A stretch of 64,000 nt of DNA from Chrysomallon squamiferum (lineage: Eukaryota; Animalia; Mollusca): assembly GCA_012295275.1 (NCBI GenBank), contig CM022671.1, positions 14,818,001 to 14,882,000 of the forward strand, given 5' to 3'. Of the stretch, positions 33,424 through 47,680 are shown in pieces. The notes below the pieces were generated by a model. That model ran no database searches and was not told the origin of the DNA. It worked only from the letters and a program-made list of their open reading frames with translations. The position numbers and the translations under genes are program-made. The stretch's first letter is position 1. Each line of letters begins with the position of its first letter.

Positions 33424-36299
33424 TATGTGTGTGTGTGTGTGTGTGGTGTGTGTGTGTATATATAGATATGTGTATATCTATATATATAAAAATGATATGT
33501 TCTAGCCAGTTTTATGTTAAATGAGTAGTTATTAGTAAACTAGAATATAAAACATATCTATATTTAAAATATAACTCAGTTAATAATAGGTGAAACTATA
33601 AGTTCAGGTTTATTTTTCACGTTGTGTGTGTATAGCAAATACTTCAATGCTTTTGTAGAAATAACATCAAGTGAAACATGAAAAAAAAATAATAATAATA
33701 ATAATATAAATAAATAAATATTAAACATTAACTATAACAATTTACTAGATTAATGAATGAAAAAAAAAAGGTGGGTTTCATAAACTTGGATATATATTGA
33801 AGTCCTTTTTTTTTTTTTTTTTTTTTTCAGTAAACACTTTATATCTGTTAGTTATTTATACAGCATATTTTAACACAAATTCAGAAATTAATCACTGTGT
33901 CTTATCCCAGTAGTCTTGAAAATATTAATGTTTACCAGTCAACATTAAATATAAATAAACATATTTACATCATAACGACTCTTTTCTGGCAGATAACTAA
34001 AACGTGGTAAATCCACATCTGTTTGTGTGTTACTTACAAGCAGGAAGATTGCATATTATTACACTCACTTCACGACTGATCTGTGCAGAGGATAATAAAT
34101 TTTCACACTAATAAAAATTATCTGTCATTGCTTGATTGATGGGTTTTTCATTTTACATAGGCAGAGATAGATAGAGCAGACCTGGAGAGTTCATCATCTG
34201 GGCTGTCATTTTTAAAAACATGGACATTTGTTTACAGTATCTTAATAATTTTATTAAATAATTTAAAAAAAAAAAAAAATAAATAAATAAAAAATGTCTC
34301 CAGCTTTCTGTTCCTTGAAAAAAACTACAAAATAACCGTATTTATCATCATAGTGTATTATAGGATAAACACCACTTGTTATCTGTTGTTAAAATTGCAA
34401 AGCAAACAGATTAGTAATAGAGTTGGCCTTGTATAGAAAACATTCAAACAGACTGCCTGCAGCCATTTAACACACCTGCACATTTAAAGAAGTCAGTTTT
34501 ATTTTAAATCTGGTGTAGTGATGATGTTCATTCATTTTTGATTTCACTTTTGTTTGATATGGATCACAACGGGAATAATCCAGTTAGAGGTAAAGTGAAT
34601 GTTTTTGAAAAAGTTTTATTTTTTGTGCTTTTAAACTGACATTAAAATTAATTTTGTGTTTAATTTATAATATTATCTTCTTTATTTATTTTGTTTACTT
34701 ATTTATTTACTCTTCCTTTTTTATTTCTTTTTATTTTCTTTTCTTTTCTTTTATTTTCTTTTCTTTTCTTTTATTTATTTCTTTTTCTTTTCTTTTCTTT
34801 TCTTTTATTTATTTATTTTTAATTTAATTTATTTTATTTTTTTTATTATTTTTAAAAGTAAGTATCTAAATTGAATGTGTATTTTTCAGGCACACCAAAG
34901 TTTCCTGTGATACCAAATAAAACTCAGTGGACTGAAAACACACCTCTCTATTGCAGCACTTGCACTGAGAAAAACACAAACCTACATATACTGGATGGTA
35001 AGTTGTTTTCTTATATATATATTTATTTATATATCACATGTACTACCTGATTGTACACATTGTAACAAACACATATGCACAATCACATGCACAAAACGAT
35101 ATATATATATATATATATTGATTACATAATTAAATAATACTGACTTTATTTTAATCTGTTAAAACAGTTGCCTTCAAAGAATAATCAGTGTTTCATTTCA
35201 AGCAAATTTAAACATCATACATAAATGTGTTGAGAAGTTATCTTTAAAAGTCAGTCAGTGTGCAGATATCCTAAAATATTTAATCTATTGCCATTGCATG
35301 CATAAACACAAATGGTCACAAAACATACACAACAGGAAAAGAAAAAAACAAATATATATATATATATAGAAATATTATGCCTTGTGTTTGAAAGCATCAG
35401 GTTATTAAAAGGAAAATGATTGATGTTTACACTGCAGTTCCAAGAAAGAATTGTCCATTAATCATCAATATGGATTTAAAATTTATTATTAGTCTTTTTA
35501 TTTTTATTATTATAGTTTTTATTTTATGTATGCTTTAGTTCTGTTTATTTTTTAATAATAACATTTTGATGTATTATATCAGGTTTTTATTTTAAGAATA
35601 TTAGTTGACATAATGTTAGTTTTTGTTCTTGTCTTTTAAAAAAAAATAATATAGTATAGTATAAATGTTCTCATAAGGAATCTAAATATTTTTTATTGTA
35701 AAGATAATCCCTACACATACTGGGTGATTCCTGTTATGCATCATGCATGGACTGTCCTTGACCTTAAAGAAGAGTACATCATTACTGGAATCACCATTTT
35801 TGGTTGGTACGTATATGAAGAGATTTTAGAATTAATTTTGTTTTCCTAATTCCCGTAACTGCTTTCTATATTACTGACACACTTCTGATATTATTTTTGT
35901 ACTATGAAGTATTGTGACTATACACTGAGAGTTGTTTAAACAAAATAATGCTACACAAACATGATACCTAATTGTGGTGAGTGAAACTTTTCACAAGTGC
36001 AATCAGCTGTTACCAGACCATGGCTGCTTCACACCTCTGTCTTGTCACCAGGTTACATTAAACACTCTCTTTCATTGTAAAACACAGAGAAAGCAAATAC
36101 ATGTCAAATTTTGATAAAACTGCAAATATGGCATTTTAAGTTTTCTTTCTTAACAGGTTTATTATTCAAATTATTTTTAGAAATGGTTTCAGTGAATATA
36201 TTATGAAATGTTATAGTGTTTACATTAAGTTAATAACAACAAAAAAATAGAAAATAGAAAAATGAAAGAATGAAAGAAAAAATGTTTGTCTATACATTT

Positions 36300-36339
<40 letters not shown>

Positions 36340-39300
36340 TATATACACACACATATACATAAAATCTTGATTTGACTTTTTATTACACATAAATTCCTGA
36401 TATGTCTTTTTATTATATATATATATATATTATTTTTTTATTATAGGAACAGTCCACAAATGGTAAAAACTCTAGAACTTCAATGGGCAGACAATATCAG
36501 GTAATAAACAAAGATTAAATAATGTGTCATGATATACCAGTCATGTAAGTACCACATTAAACAAAACAACTAAAACAAACAAACAAAAAAACTTTCATCT
36601 TATCCTTTGAACAACCCTCTTCTGATTCCCCACATGATTTCACTGTTCACAATCTTATTTAGTCTTCCTATCAAACTGTTCTTTTTAATCTGAGGCATTT
36701 GTTCCTGAAATGTTCTCTTTTTATAGTTTATACTTTTTTTCATTACCATTTTATTTTTTTTTTTTTTTTTTTTATTTTTTGTTTTGATAGTTAAAAACAA
36801 ATTTAGAAATTTAGAATAATTTAATAATTTTTGTTTTTCAGAGGTTCCTGGAGTACTTTTGCAACAGTTACTTGTGATCCGATAGGCAGCACTGATCCAC
36901 AGGATCCAGGTACATTGTTTGTTTTTTTTTTTTTTTTTTTTATTTTTTTATTTCATTTATTACTTCCTATTTTCATTTATAACTTGTCTCACAGTCACTT
37001 TATTCAGAACAGTTCACTGTTTTCTAAATCTTTAATTTTTGATTTTTAACAAAATGAATTTTAATTCTAATTAATAGTTATTTAATTGCACTCTTTTGAT
37101 TTAAACATTCTTATAAAACACACACACATAAACACACACTTTAAACAGTAAGAAATAAAAAAGAAATTATTTGAATTTGAATAAGGTAATAATAATCAGA
37201 AACTATTAGAACTGTTTATTCTTAGGAAACCAGCTGATGTTATTTTACAATTTAAATTGACATATTTCAGAATAATTTACATGTCCTGCTAAAAAATACA
37301 TTAGAAAAAAAAGACAATGTCTTCTTTTTTCTAATGTATTTTTAAATGTATATTTTATCCTTTCTTCTCTATTTTGTATTTATATTTTGTTTTGTTTTTT
37401 AAATCTTTTTTTTTTTTTGAATTTTTTATTTTTTTATTTTTTTTTTATTGATTAAGTAAATATATTAATTATGTTTAAAGGTGAGCCACAAACATTTTGT
37501 GGATTTGAAATGAAGTGTCAGTATTTGCGGCTGTATATCCAGGACAATCATGGTGGCCGGTGTATTTGTTTCCAAGGGATACAGCTGCACGGAGCTCAGT
37601 ATGCTTTGTTTACAATGATGGAGAAATATGGACTCTCACAGTATACAGAGATCCTCGTTACAAAGGTATTGAAAAATTCAGAAAAAACTTTAAACTAGTG
37701 TCGCAGCAGAAAAACACATGCAAAAAACAAACAAAAATAAAAAAATGAAGAAAAGAACATTAATATTTTGTAAGATAAGATAAAAGAAAGATAAATATCT
37801 AAGTGCACCAAGTTATTTTAATAAACTACTTGAGTTAATTTTTTTTCCTCTTTCATTTTCTACAAATACTGAAATTCTAAAAAAAAGTTTTGTCACTAAT
37901 ATTTGTTTGCCAAGTTGAATTTTTACACACTATATCATTGTACTGATAAAATCATAAACAACTTTCAGAAATAAAAATGTATTTAAATTGTTTACATAGT
38001 TCTTTAAACAATTAAAAAAAAAAGAATCATTATTTTATTTTTATTTTTTTAGACTTTATAGAAAAGTTGTACATGAACTGAGTCATGCATGCATGTGTGT
38101 ATGCTGGTGCATGTGCATATGTGTTTATGTGTATTTTTAGTTCATTTTATAATGAAATAATATATGTTTAGGGTTTCAATACTATGGAATCTCTACTAAA
38201 ACTGAGGGATGAAGATATTGCTCAAATGGTTTGTGTTTGTAAACATTTTACTATAAACTTCTAGTATTAGCTTTTGGCAGATAATTTATTTTATTGGGTC
38301 AGGACACTGTTTAATATTTTACAACTAACTTTTAATTAGATTCTCAATCCTTTTTTATTCAAGCATCTGTTTATTATATGTGATTTTTGGGAGCATAAAA
38401 ATGACTAAAAAAATTAAAACATTACACAAAACGGATAATTTTGTTGATTACTAAATAGAACTAATGTCATTTTCTCCTTTAAAAAATAGCCATATAATTA
38501 GGAGAAAATGAATTGTGTTAAATAATTGCCATATAGTTTGTTATATTTTAAATTTTTATTTAAATAATAGATTCCTGATCCTGTTGATGAAAAGATTTTG
38601 TCTCAGACAGTGTTAGAAATGCAACAACAAGGTAAGTTCAGAAAAAAGTTTAAAGAAGGGTAAAAGGGACATAAAATTTTATATATATATATATATTATT
38701 ATTCAAATAGTTAAGTTGAAGCTTTCTTGGAGTCCTTTTTATCTTTGCAATTAGGAAATGTAATTAATTATATAGGTGGATGTTCTGTATCTATGGATTT
38801 CCTTGTTGGTAATAAAAAGAATATTATTTCTTAATTTTAAACTGCTGAGACAAATTGTAAACAGATTAATCAACATACATAAATCATATTACTAGAGCTT
38901 TATTAAGAAAAAAAAAATCTGTTGCATTTCTTTTCAGATAGCTTAAATCTGATACTGAAATAGACTTGAATGGAGAATTCACTGCATTAGAGTAGGATTA
39001 AAAACAGATTTTATTATTCTAATGCTCAGGGAAATATCCTTATAATATCTGTTAACTAAAAAAATTACTATTAAAAGCCTCCTTGATTTGATGATCCAAA
39101 CCGGTCACTTTAAACTTCTACATTATTAATGCTGCTGACGGTTCAGTTTAACTTAAAATCTTAATATCTGTGTTTCATACAGTTTAAACGTGTTTGTTCT
39201 CTCCAGCATTTCCAATAACATTCCTGGAGTGGTTGAGAGAACCTGTATCCAGAGCTTTCGCTGGTGACATCCTTCCTGACTTCAGTGTTCAGTCTGATGC

Positions 39301-40532
39301 AGGGGCATGTGATGAGGTCGAACTGTTTATAGAAGGTATCAGCCTAGTGCTTTATTCATAAAAAATATATATATATAAATACTAAACAAATTTAAACATC
39401 ATAAATAAAAGATGTCATTGCTAAAACACTTTCCATTTCTTCTGGCTGATGTTGTCTTGGATACCTTTTAAATAAACATAAACACCAAAAAATCAATGAA
39501 ATGTAAAATTCAAAAGATATATTATTTTGGTCAGCAAGGTAGAGCTTTTATGGTACATAGGTTTAGGTTAGAGATTTGCCAGTGAACATTTATATCAGTC
39601 CTGTGGAAATTGGAAGAATAATTGTCTCTTAAAAACTCTTCTGGTAGAATATTTAACAGTGAAGATAATATTTTTTACAGGAGCTGAATTTACTGGAACT
39701 TCTGTTGTGAAACTAGCACCACTGTTTGAACAGGAGGGATCAGTGGCAATATTTTCAGACATCAGAATAAAAACAGGTATTACTTCTATAATTTGTACAC
39801 TAAATCTGCTGTCTTTCTCTGTTCTTATTACTAATGTTCAACATTATCAGTGAATTCTAAAATATCCTCCAGTTTTTCCACTTTTAGGAAATTTCATACA
39901 CTTTCAAATTTCAAAATATTTTTCAGTTGGCCATTTTTGTATTAAACTGCAAAGCAGATCTCATGAAAAGATCAGTGTAGCATCTCCAGAGCTGATAGAA
40001 ATACGTAAGTTTTCTGTTATCTCTCCTCAGCAACAAGTAAAAAAAATATAAAGAAATATTATAGTCTATGTATTTCACTCAACTTTAAAATCACAACATT
40101 CGCTGGTCTAGACATTTTTGCTTTAATCAGTTTTGCAAAAAACAGCAGCATTTAAACATATTGATGTGTTTAATTAAACCTTAAACTAAATCATTTGAAT
40201 TTTGTTATTATGTTCTTTTTTATGTTTCTGCTTGATTATCTCCAAGTTATCCCACAAGGGAGATAACAATATAACTCATTAAGTATAATTATAGTTGACA
40301 GATGAATTAAAATATTTGATTAAATTGTCTGTAAATAGTTAATAATAGTATTGATTTATGTATGTTTTGTGATTTTAATTAAAAGTCAGGTAAAATGAAT
40401 GGACATTCTTAATAAACAAAACATTGATTTTTAGGTCCTGCTAAAATTGGAAGTGAAGATTTGGATGCAGCATTTGATGAAATTCAGGGAATGTTGAGAG
40501 ATGTGAAAGCCTCAGTCAGCACACCTCTTTAA
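24869..40532 (+). CDS. Caskin/ANKS1-like ankyrin-repeat protein with discoidin (F5/8C)-like, SAM and C-terminal beta-sandwich domains (about 21 exons)
   Basis: Phase-consistent GT-AG exons start at about 24869, 27102, 28315, 28618, 29586, 30267, 30691, 31400, 32526, 32781, 34890, 35704, 36448, 36842, 37481, 38172, 38571, 39208, 39681, 39927, 40435; TAA ends at 40532. N-terminus MVKEGDLIKAVKNND resembles Caskin/ANKS1 MGKEQELxxA. ANK motifs TPLIIAALNG, TALHMAV, TPLHVAC, TPLHEAV. Discoidin-like ILDDNPYTYW...WTVLDL...QYLRLYIQDNHG. SAM-like YGLSQYTEILVTKGFNTMESLLKLRDEDI. Confidence 0.85.
24940..25329. repeat. Tandem duplication (two copies of about 180-210 bp) in intron 1 of the ankyrin gene
   Basis: Both copies contain tatataggcca...tgtaggcaagaRgtaaacattttc...gttgttaaaaagttttgaaagggttcagataa. 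Confidence 0.85.
37292..37343. repeat. Near-perfect 52-bp palindrome in an intron of the ankyrin gene
   Basis: aaaaatacattagaaaaaaaagaca-a-tgtcttcttttttctaatgtattttt; one bulged base. Confidence 0.8.
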
Positions 40533-41459
40533 AATGGCCCCCAGTTAACTACCTTTACAGAATCACATTCCAAAATATATGCAATATGGGCTTTTAACTT
40601 CAGTGACATTTTGTATGTTTTTAGAATGTTTTGAATAAGACATTTAACAAATGCTTAATGACACTCCAATATAAAATGTACCTTACTGGGAGTAACAACT
40701 AACTACAAGCTGTCTCTAATCCCTGTGTTATAAATTATCACTTTTTGTATTTCTTATAATCTTACCTGTCTTCCAAAAATGTTCTGTTATGATGAAATCA
40801 TAAATGTTTTTAGTAGCCAAAGACGATCAAAAGAACCAAATGCCTGTCTCTGTATGAAAAACAATGACTTGTTATGGCTCTGTAATTACTTTTAATCATC
40901 GGAAATTACTGGTATGCTAGTTTTACATAATTTATTTAATTTGTGAGCAGTTACCATTATGTGCTAGTTTACTAACTCTAAACATACAAGTAGACCAATG
41001 CATTGATCAGATTATGAATGTAGGTGCAGCACTGTATCAGCATTATCCACAAAGAAACAAACTGTGAACAGAATTTTCTGTCTGCATTTATTTCATTACT
41101 GCTTAAAATACAGGTTGTGTAGTGCATAATCATTCTTCTGTTGCATTTGTATATCCTTACATTTTTTTTTTTTTCCATATTAAAATTGCATACACTGTTC
41201 TTGATTATCAAATCTAATAACGACCTCACAGAAAACAAAAAAATTAACTTTTGTTCATCAAAATGTCACCATCCTTCATAAAATATTATGTAGTAATCAG
41301 TATCGGTCAAAAAAAGAATGAAAATTAAAATGCTTGTCTTTCACTGAAGATTTAGCAGCAGACAGATATTTAGCACTGATGTAAATAATTTCTCAGAAAG
41401 ACTGACACATATTCACATGCGTCAGTCCAACAGTTCCTGCCAGGTATGACCACTTAAAA

Positions 41460-41612
41460 AATGAACCTACTTTGATTTTATTTTTGAGGTAGATGATCAC
41501 AAACTGAATAGAATTAAATGGTGTGTTTTAAAATAATGTTGTAAATACTAACATTTAACAGTAGCCAATCCACAATCACCTATCTCAAAAAGAAAATCAG
41601 AGTACATTCATT
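41460..41612. mobile_element. MITE-like element with about 38-bp imperfect terminal inverted repeats
   Basis: 41460-41497 versus the reverse complement of 41575-41612: 32 of 38 positions match by manual alignment. Confidence 0.6.
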
Positions 41613-42640
41613 TCCATTCTACAGTGACTGAGACATTTTAAAACTTGAAATTGTTTTCAACAACAAAGTGAGAGTGAATAAGCATTTGTTTTTGTTGGGG
41701 ATATTCTTCAAATAGCCACATTTACAGGTAGTAAATAAAAGAACAATGTGATATCTTTTTATAGAAACAATTTTATTTCAATGATTTATTACAATATTTT
41801 CCTCCTTTTTACTACCAAAAATAAATAATAATAACAGTTTAAAAAAAGATAATAGAGATTCACTGAACATATTTGATGTTGTTTTTTTTCCATAATTAAT
41901 TGAGAAATTATCTGTAATAGTCTTTATGTGATATGATTATAATTACTTTGATTAATCTGTCAAGTTCTGAAATCGTTATATGGAATCAAATTATTATTTT
42001 TTATTTTGATACAAATTTTTAATTTCATGGTTAATAAATCTTAATATCAGTATATCTGTGTTCATTTAATATCATGCATTTATATTTAATTTCCTCATTA
42101 CTTTTCTCTCCAGCATGCATTATTTTCAATGCTTTCTTTAATATAATTAAATGCATATAATTATCTGGCAGGCTTTACAAAGACATAAATATTCAGTCTT
42201 TTAACTAGCATGGTAATAAACATTTATTAAATAATGCAAATAAAATTAAACATTGTTTGGAAAGCAAAGACCGTCAACATATTCTTATAAAAATACTTCG
42301 TACTGCTTTAAGATTTTTACATGTACAATAATTTTTTTTATTTATTAACAAAAACTTTGTGGATGTCTGTTTGTTTCTGAAATAAAGCAATAAATTACAC
42401 ACATTTGGAGTTGTTTTCATTATCTATTGTATGTTGATGATAATTATTTTTTGATGTTTTGAATTCTGCACAGCTACACCTTATTTGTAACCTGCATAGT
42501 TTCTGTAGGCCCATGTGATTGTTAAAACCGGCTGCCTTCGTGAAAGACTTCAAGTAGTGCTCATCACTGGATGCATTTTCAATTTGATGATGTAACTGAA
42601 TTAGGTAAATTCCTCCCTCAGAATCTGAACTCAACAACCG

Positions 42641-45600
42641 TTAAGTGACACTTACAGAAGTTAAATGTGAATGCATTTCTAAGTTTTTCTTATAGCAGTT
42701 TAAGCTACACAGAGGAACTCCAGTTTTTGAACAGTTGTACTTCTTTGGATTCCCACATCCAGACAGTCCACATAATACAACCTTTGGGACACTACAAAAT
42801 ATAAAAATAAAAAAAATGCACAAATACTAGTAGCTACTGATGGATATATAGATTATCAAACAGACCTAGAAGCATGAAACAAAGGAAAACAAAGGAAATC
42901 TCAGGAAATCAGGTTAGAATGTCATGAAACTAATATAATATTTCAAATAATCACATTCTAAATTGACTTTCTGAGTCTGTTTTGTTAGGATTGCAATAAT
43001 TCCACATAATAAATTCTAAATAAAAATCAGTGACACTAATAATAAATCTGTCTGAAGTGAATGATTATCAAATAAATATCATCATGAAAATAATATTTGG
43101 AAAATTAATTTTCATTACTATCAAATTCAAAAGCATTCCTGGATCTCAAAAAATGTATACGAAATTACATTGGTAAACATTATTAAAACAAGAACACTGA
43201 AATTAAAAACGTTTTATAAAAACACACATCATGTTTTGCTTCTGGGGCATGAATGGGAAACTGAAACCAGGTGGCATTGATATGCTGATGCCGTCCGTTC
43301 TATTAATGTATCGAACCCGAGGAAAGTTAGCACGTCTGCAGCCTCTGCCCTGAAATTGTAATTCAAAGTTATTACAGGCCGATTTAAAAATTACTCTGAA
43401 TGGATTTTAATTATTTTAAGAAATACTGCACTGAAGAATAATCGCTTTAAATAAAATTATTTCTGCAATTAAATTTTAAATTTCACTTTGTTTTAATGTT
43501 AAATGAATTACAAAATTCTTTATGCTGATTTATTATATTGTTTGTCTCATCCTTTTATCACAGTTTCTGTTTTGCTGTTAAGTTTTAAAAAGATCAGAAC
43601 CTTTTGTCCTTTTAGTTTTGAGTCTTGCTTCTTCAAAAGTCTTTCAAGGGTTTGTTTCTGAAATAAAAAAGAATATACTTTGATTAATGCTTAATTTATT
43701 ATTGTTTGTATAATATATTAAAATGTCTAACACGTTCTGCTGTAATATTTTACAAATTATATTCATGTTTCTAAATGATACAAAAGGAATATTTTAGTCA
43801 ATAACAGCTTGTATTGATGTAAATATCATTTCAGATTTGGAAAAACTTTACAGAAACTCACTTATTAGAAAAATAAAATAAATTTTGTTGATAAACATCA
43901 ATAATGAAATATTCTAAGTAAAATCTTTGTGGGTAATTTCCTGGATTTATGTTTGGTTTAAAGCTGATAATGAACTTTTGCCAATCAGTTTTTATATACC
44001 TGAGTTTAGAATAAAGAGCATTTCACTGCAATACTGTAATTTCACATCTAATGGAAAACCAGTTTTATTCTCATTAGTTTATTTTAATGTGACAAGTGCA
44101 GCAACTGTTGGGTATTTTACTTGAAAGAGTAAATTATTGTTAAACAAACTTTGTCTTTCTCTCGTTTTTCCTGAGCCTGCTGACGACGTTTCTTAGCGCG
44201 CTGTTGTCTCTTCTCCACCTGTTCTTCTGTCAGCTGAACATTCTTGTATCCTAGCGAAACCAGTAAAATTACTTTACAAAATAGTTTTTATCACATACTG
44301 TATCCCTTTTTGCCATAAAATAGTTTTTAAAGTTTAATTTCGAAACTGATAAACAGAAAAATTCACTGATTTGTTTCAGCAAGATGGATTCCTCTAGTCA
44401 CAAGGCCCTTCCATACCGTGTGTAATATCAGCAGAAAGTATGGGAGAATCACTAGTGATCAAAGTGGTGATTTTTGAAACTAACCAATGAAATATATTGA
44501 AATACAATTTCATGAAGGAATGTAACCATTTAAATTTATAAAGGTACAAATGTACAAAAATCAAATAAAAAAATAAAAAAATTAACTGTACCTGAAGGCA
44601 GCTGGAGTAATTCATGATCTTGTCTTCCGTGTAAAAGAGCACGCTGGTGAAATAAAATCAAAATCTGTATTATTCTTACCTAGTCATGATTTCAGTGTGA
44701 AACTACCAGGATTATGTAATATTATAATGCATTAAAACATTAAACATGTATACATACATAAAATGATTTCAAAAGACTCCTTAATCTGACACTGCAAAAA
44801 TAACCTGGACCTAAGTAAGAATATAAAAATTAACAAGTCATAACTGTTAGCTTTCTCTTCAGCATTAACTGGTTCTACGCTAATAGTTTTTACATGAATT
44901 GATACTGTGGGAAATAAAAAAAAACATTTTTTTTTTTTTTTTTTTTAAATGAAATTTAAAAAAACCTTCGTCTCAGACCTGTCTTTTTGTTAGTAAGGTT
45001 GGATCTTTATGTTTCTGCTTTTCTTCAAACTCATCAAGTTCTCCAGATTCCAGTGCATTTAACCACGCCTGTTCTTCATCAGATGTGTCATCTCCTGGTT
45101 TCTTTACTTTCCCTTTACCATCATCAGCTTCTTGTCAATTCAATAAAAAAATATATATGTTTGTGTTAAACAAAGTTGAAAGAGAAAATACCTCATATTA
45201 TATATGTATATATCTGCATGCAAAGCAAAATGTGTTTATTTTGAATGTTTGCAAGTCTTCAGGCCAAAACACTATCTGTAAATCTACTTTCAGCTTTACA
45301 CGGGCTAAAGGAATTAATCACAGATGTAGAGACTAAAATTCTAACCTTCCCACACATCGTCAATGTTGACCAGAGGTTCATCAGGTGACAAAATTCCAAG
45401 AGCTGACACAGAGCTGCCATCAGTAGAAAAACTGACAAAAAAACAAAATTCTGGATCAAATTAAATAAAAGAAAATTTGAATAATAATCTTGCTTTAAAA
45501 ATTGCTTTTATTGCAAATACCACTTGAAACTACAATTAAACTGAAAAAAAAAATTAATTGTATTGTGGCAAGTATGTAATTGTATTTTACACTTTAATTA

Positions 45601-46601
45601 AAGTGAAGAACAATAGTGAATTATTTCATTAAAGCACAAATATAGGTATTAATTAATGTTATTATTTAAAGGTTCTGTTTGTAATGAAATGTATAATATT
45701 ATCACAGTAATGTTTAATTAAAACAATTATATAAAGCTGATTTCCATTCTGACTTGTATAACAGCTTTACCTTTTAAAAATATCAACAAGAAATAACAAA
45801 AGAAAAACCAACAGATTAAACTTCTATTCAACCTTTTTGTTCCAAGTGTTTCTGCCCCAATCTTTAGTTTCAACTTGATTGCTGGTTTGGGTGTCATACT
45901 GCCTGAACTGTCAAAACTGCCCGAAGTAAAAGAGGTTTTTTCGACATCTTTTCGCTTTTTATGTTTTTTCTTATGTTTCTTATGTTTCTTGTGACTGCTG
46001 TTAGGAGATTCTAAACATAAATAAATACATAATGCATTATAATTAATTTTTCAGTAACATATTGATATTCATTTCATTCTTCTTTTTTTTAAATTTCAAG
46101 TTTGACAAGTGAGAGTGGACTTAGAAATTACACAGATTTTACAGAATGTATATTTCTACTCTAGTATTACTATTACTATTAGTAATAAAAAATTCTGCCT
46201 TTATTTCAAATGTTGACATTTGTGATGTCCTACTCACGTTGGTCACAATCCTTAACCACATTAGACTGATTAGTGTTTTAGCATACAGGAAATTAGCACT
46301 AAATTAAAAACATTGTAGATTCTTTATTACCCAACCTATTTCCAATATTTTGGGGTCAGTGTCAAACTCTTTCTATTGATACCAGTTTTTTTTGGGGGGA
46401 TATGTTATCAAATTTTATGTAACGTCAGAATTTTATTTTATCACATAGTACCTAGTAACCTATGGAGCGTATGCTATAAGTATAACAGAATTAGAATAAT
46501 ACAATGGGAATACTACATTTACTACTTAGTAATCATAATTATTATTTACCCAAGACACTGTCGTTATCTGTACTTCCTGTAATTTCGGACTTTTTCCCCA
46601 T
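42641..46601 (-). CDS. INO80B: INO80 complex subunit B (Ies2/PAPA-1, zf-HIT)
   Basis: 9 exons from ATG 46601. Motifs HKKHKKHKKKHKK...KPAIKLKLKIGAETLGTK, EEQAWLNALESGELD, LLTKRQRALL, KKQTLERLLK, and C-terminal CGLSGCGNPKKYNCSKTGVPLCSLNCYKKNL; stop ends at 42641. Confidence 0.93.
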
Positions 46602-46770
46602 GATTTAAAATAAAATATATAAAAACTGAATGTTTTTACTTGCAACAATCACAATTCTTTTTTCTTTTCTTTTTTGTAAGTTATTTCCCCTTCCCCCCCC
46701 CCGCACAGTACTGCAAAATTGGAACTGCAATTCAAACTGAAACGAAGAATTCGTAGTTATTCTGTCGATG

Positions 46771-46810
<40 letters not shown>

Positions 46811-47005
46811 CTGTTCGGCAATTTAAATATAACAAATAAAATAAAATAGTTTAGTTTAATGTTTATGTGTGTGCGTGATTTCGGAACTATTAAAAGTTTT
46901 ATATTTTTAATAATAATAAAATAACAATAATAGTCATAAAGTTAAACATAATCATAATTATATAAAACGAATTCATGCAGTGATAAAAAAAAATAAAAAA
47001 AATAA

Positions 47006-47041
<36 letters not shown>

Positions 47042-47180
47042 AATAAATAAATAAATAAAAATCTTACTGTTGTATAAAGATAATATACAAGAAATCATGT
47101 ACGAACACGTTTTTTTGATAGATCATATATCTAGATACTACATTAGGTGAAATAATTATCATCTGCAATGAGTGTGTGTG

Positions 47181-47241
<61 letters not shown>

Positions 47242-47369
47242 TGAATTTGAATCTTATTCTATGTATTTAAAAGGCTTATAGTTCAATTATTATTAATGTC
47301 TTAAATATATATAAAGGATTTTTATAGAGACTTTTATACAATGTAATTAGTTCTAGTTAACATATCTAG

Positions 47370-47452
47370 GCAGGGGTATGGAAAAAATCTCACTGGAAAG
47401 TATGGCACCAGGAAGAAGTGGCACTGTGTAGATTTGGAAAAACTGGCACCGT
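47370..47452 (+). repeat. Cluster of GGAAAxATGGCAC-like direct repeats, probably the subterminal end of a DNA transposon
   Basis: ggaaagtatggcac, ggaagaagtggcac, ggaaaaactggcac in close succession. A higher-GC unassigned block follows at about 47950-48300. Confidence 0.4.
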
Positions 47453-47647
47453 ATTTATTTTTTCTGTATAGTTGCTTTAAAAAACCTTAAAAGTACTTTT
47501 GAAAATACAGTTTATATTATGCAATACTGTTACATGCATGTATATTAATATATAGCATCACTCAGCCACTTACTTTTGCTTAACAAAATACAGTATTATA
47601 TTAGCATTTAATACTACACATATATACATATATGCACACATACAAGC

Positions 47648-47680
<33 letters not shown>

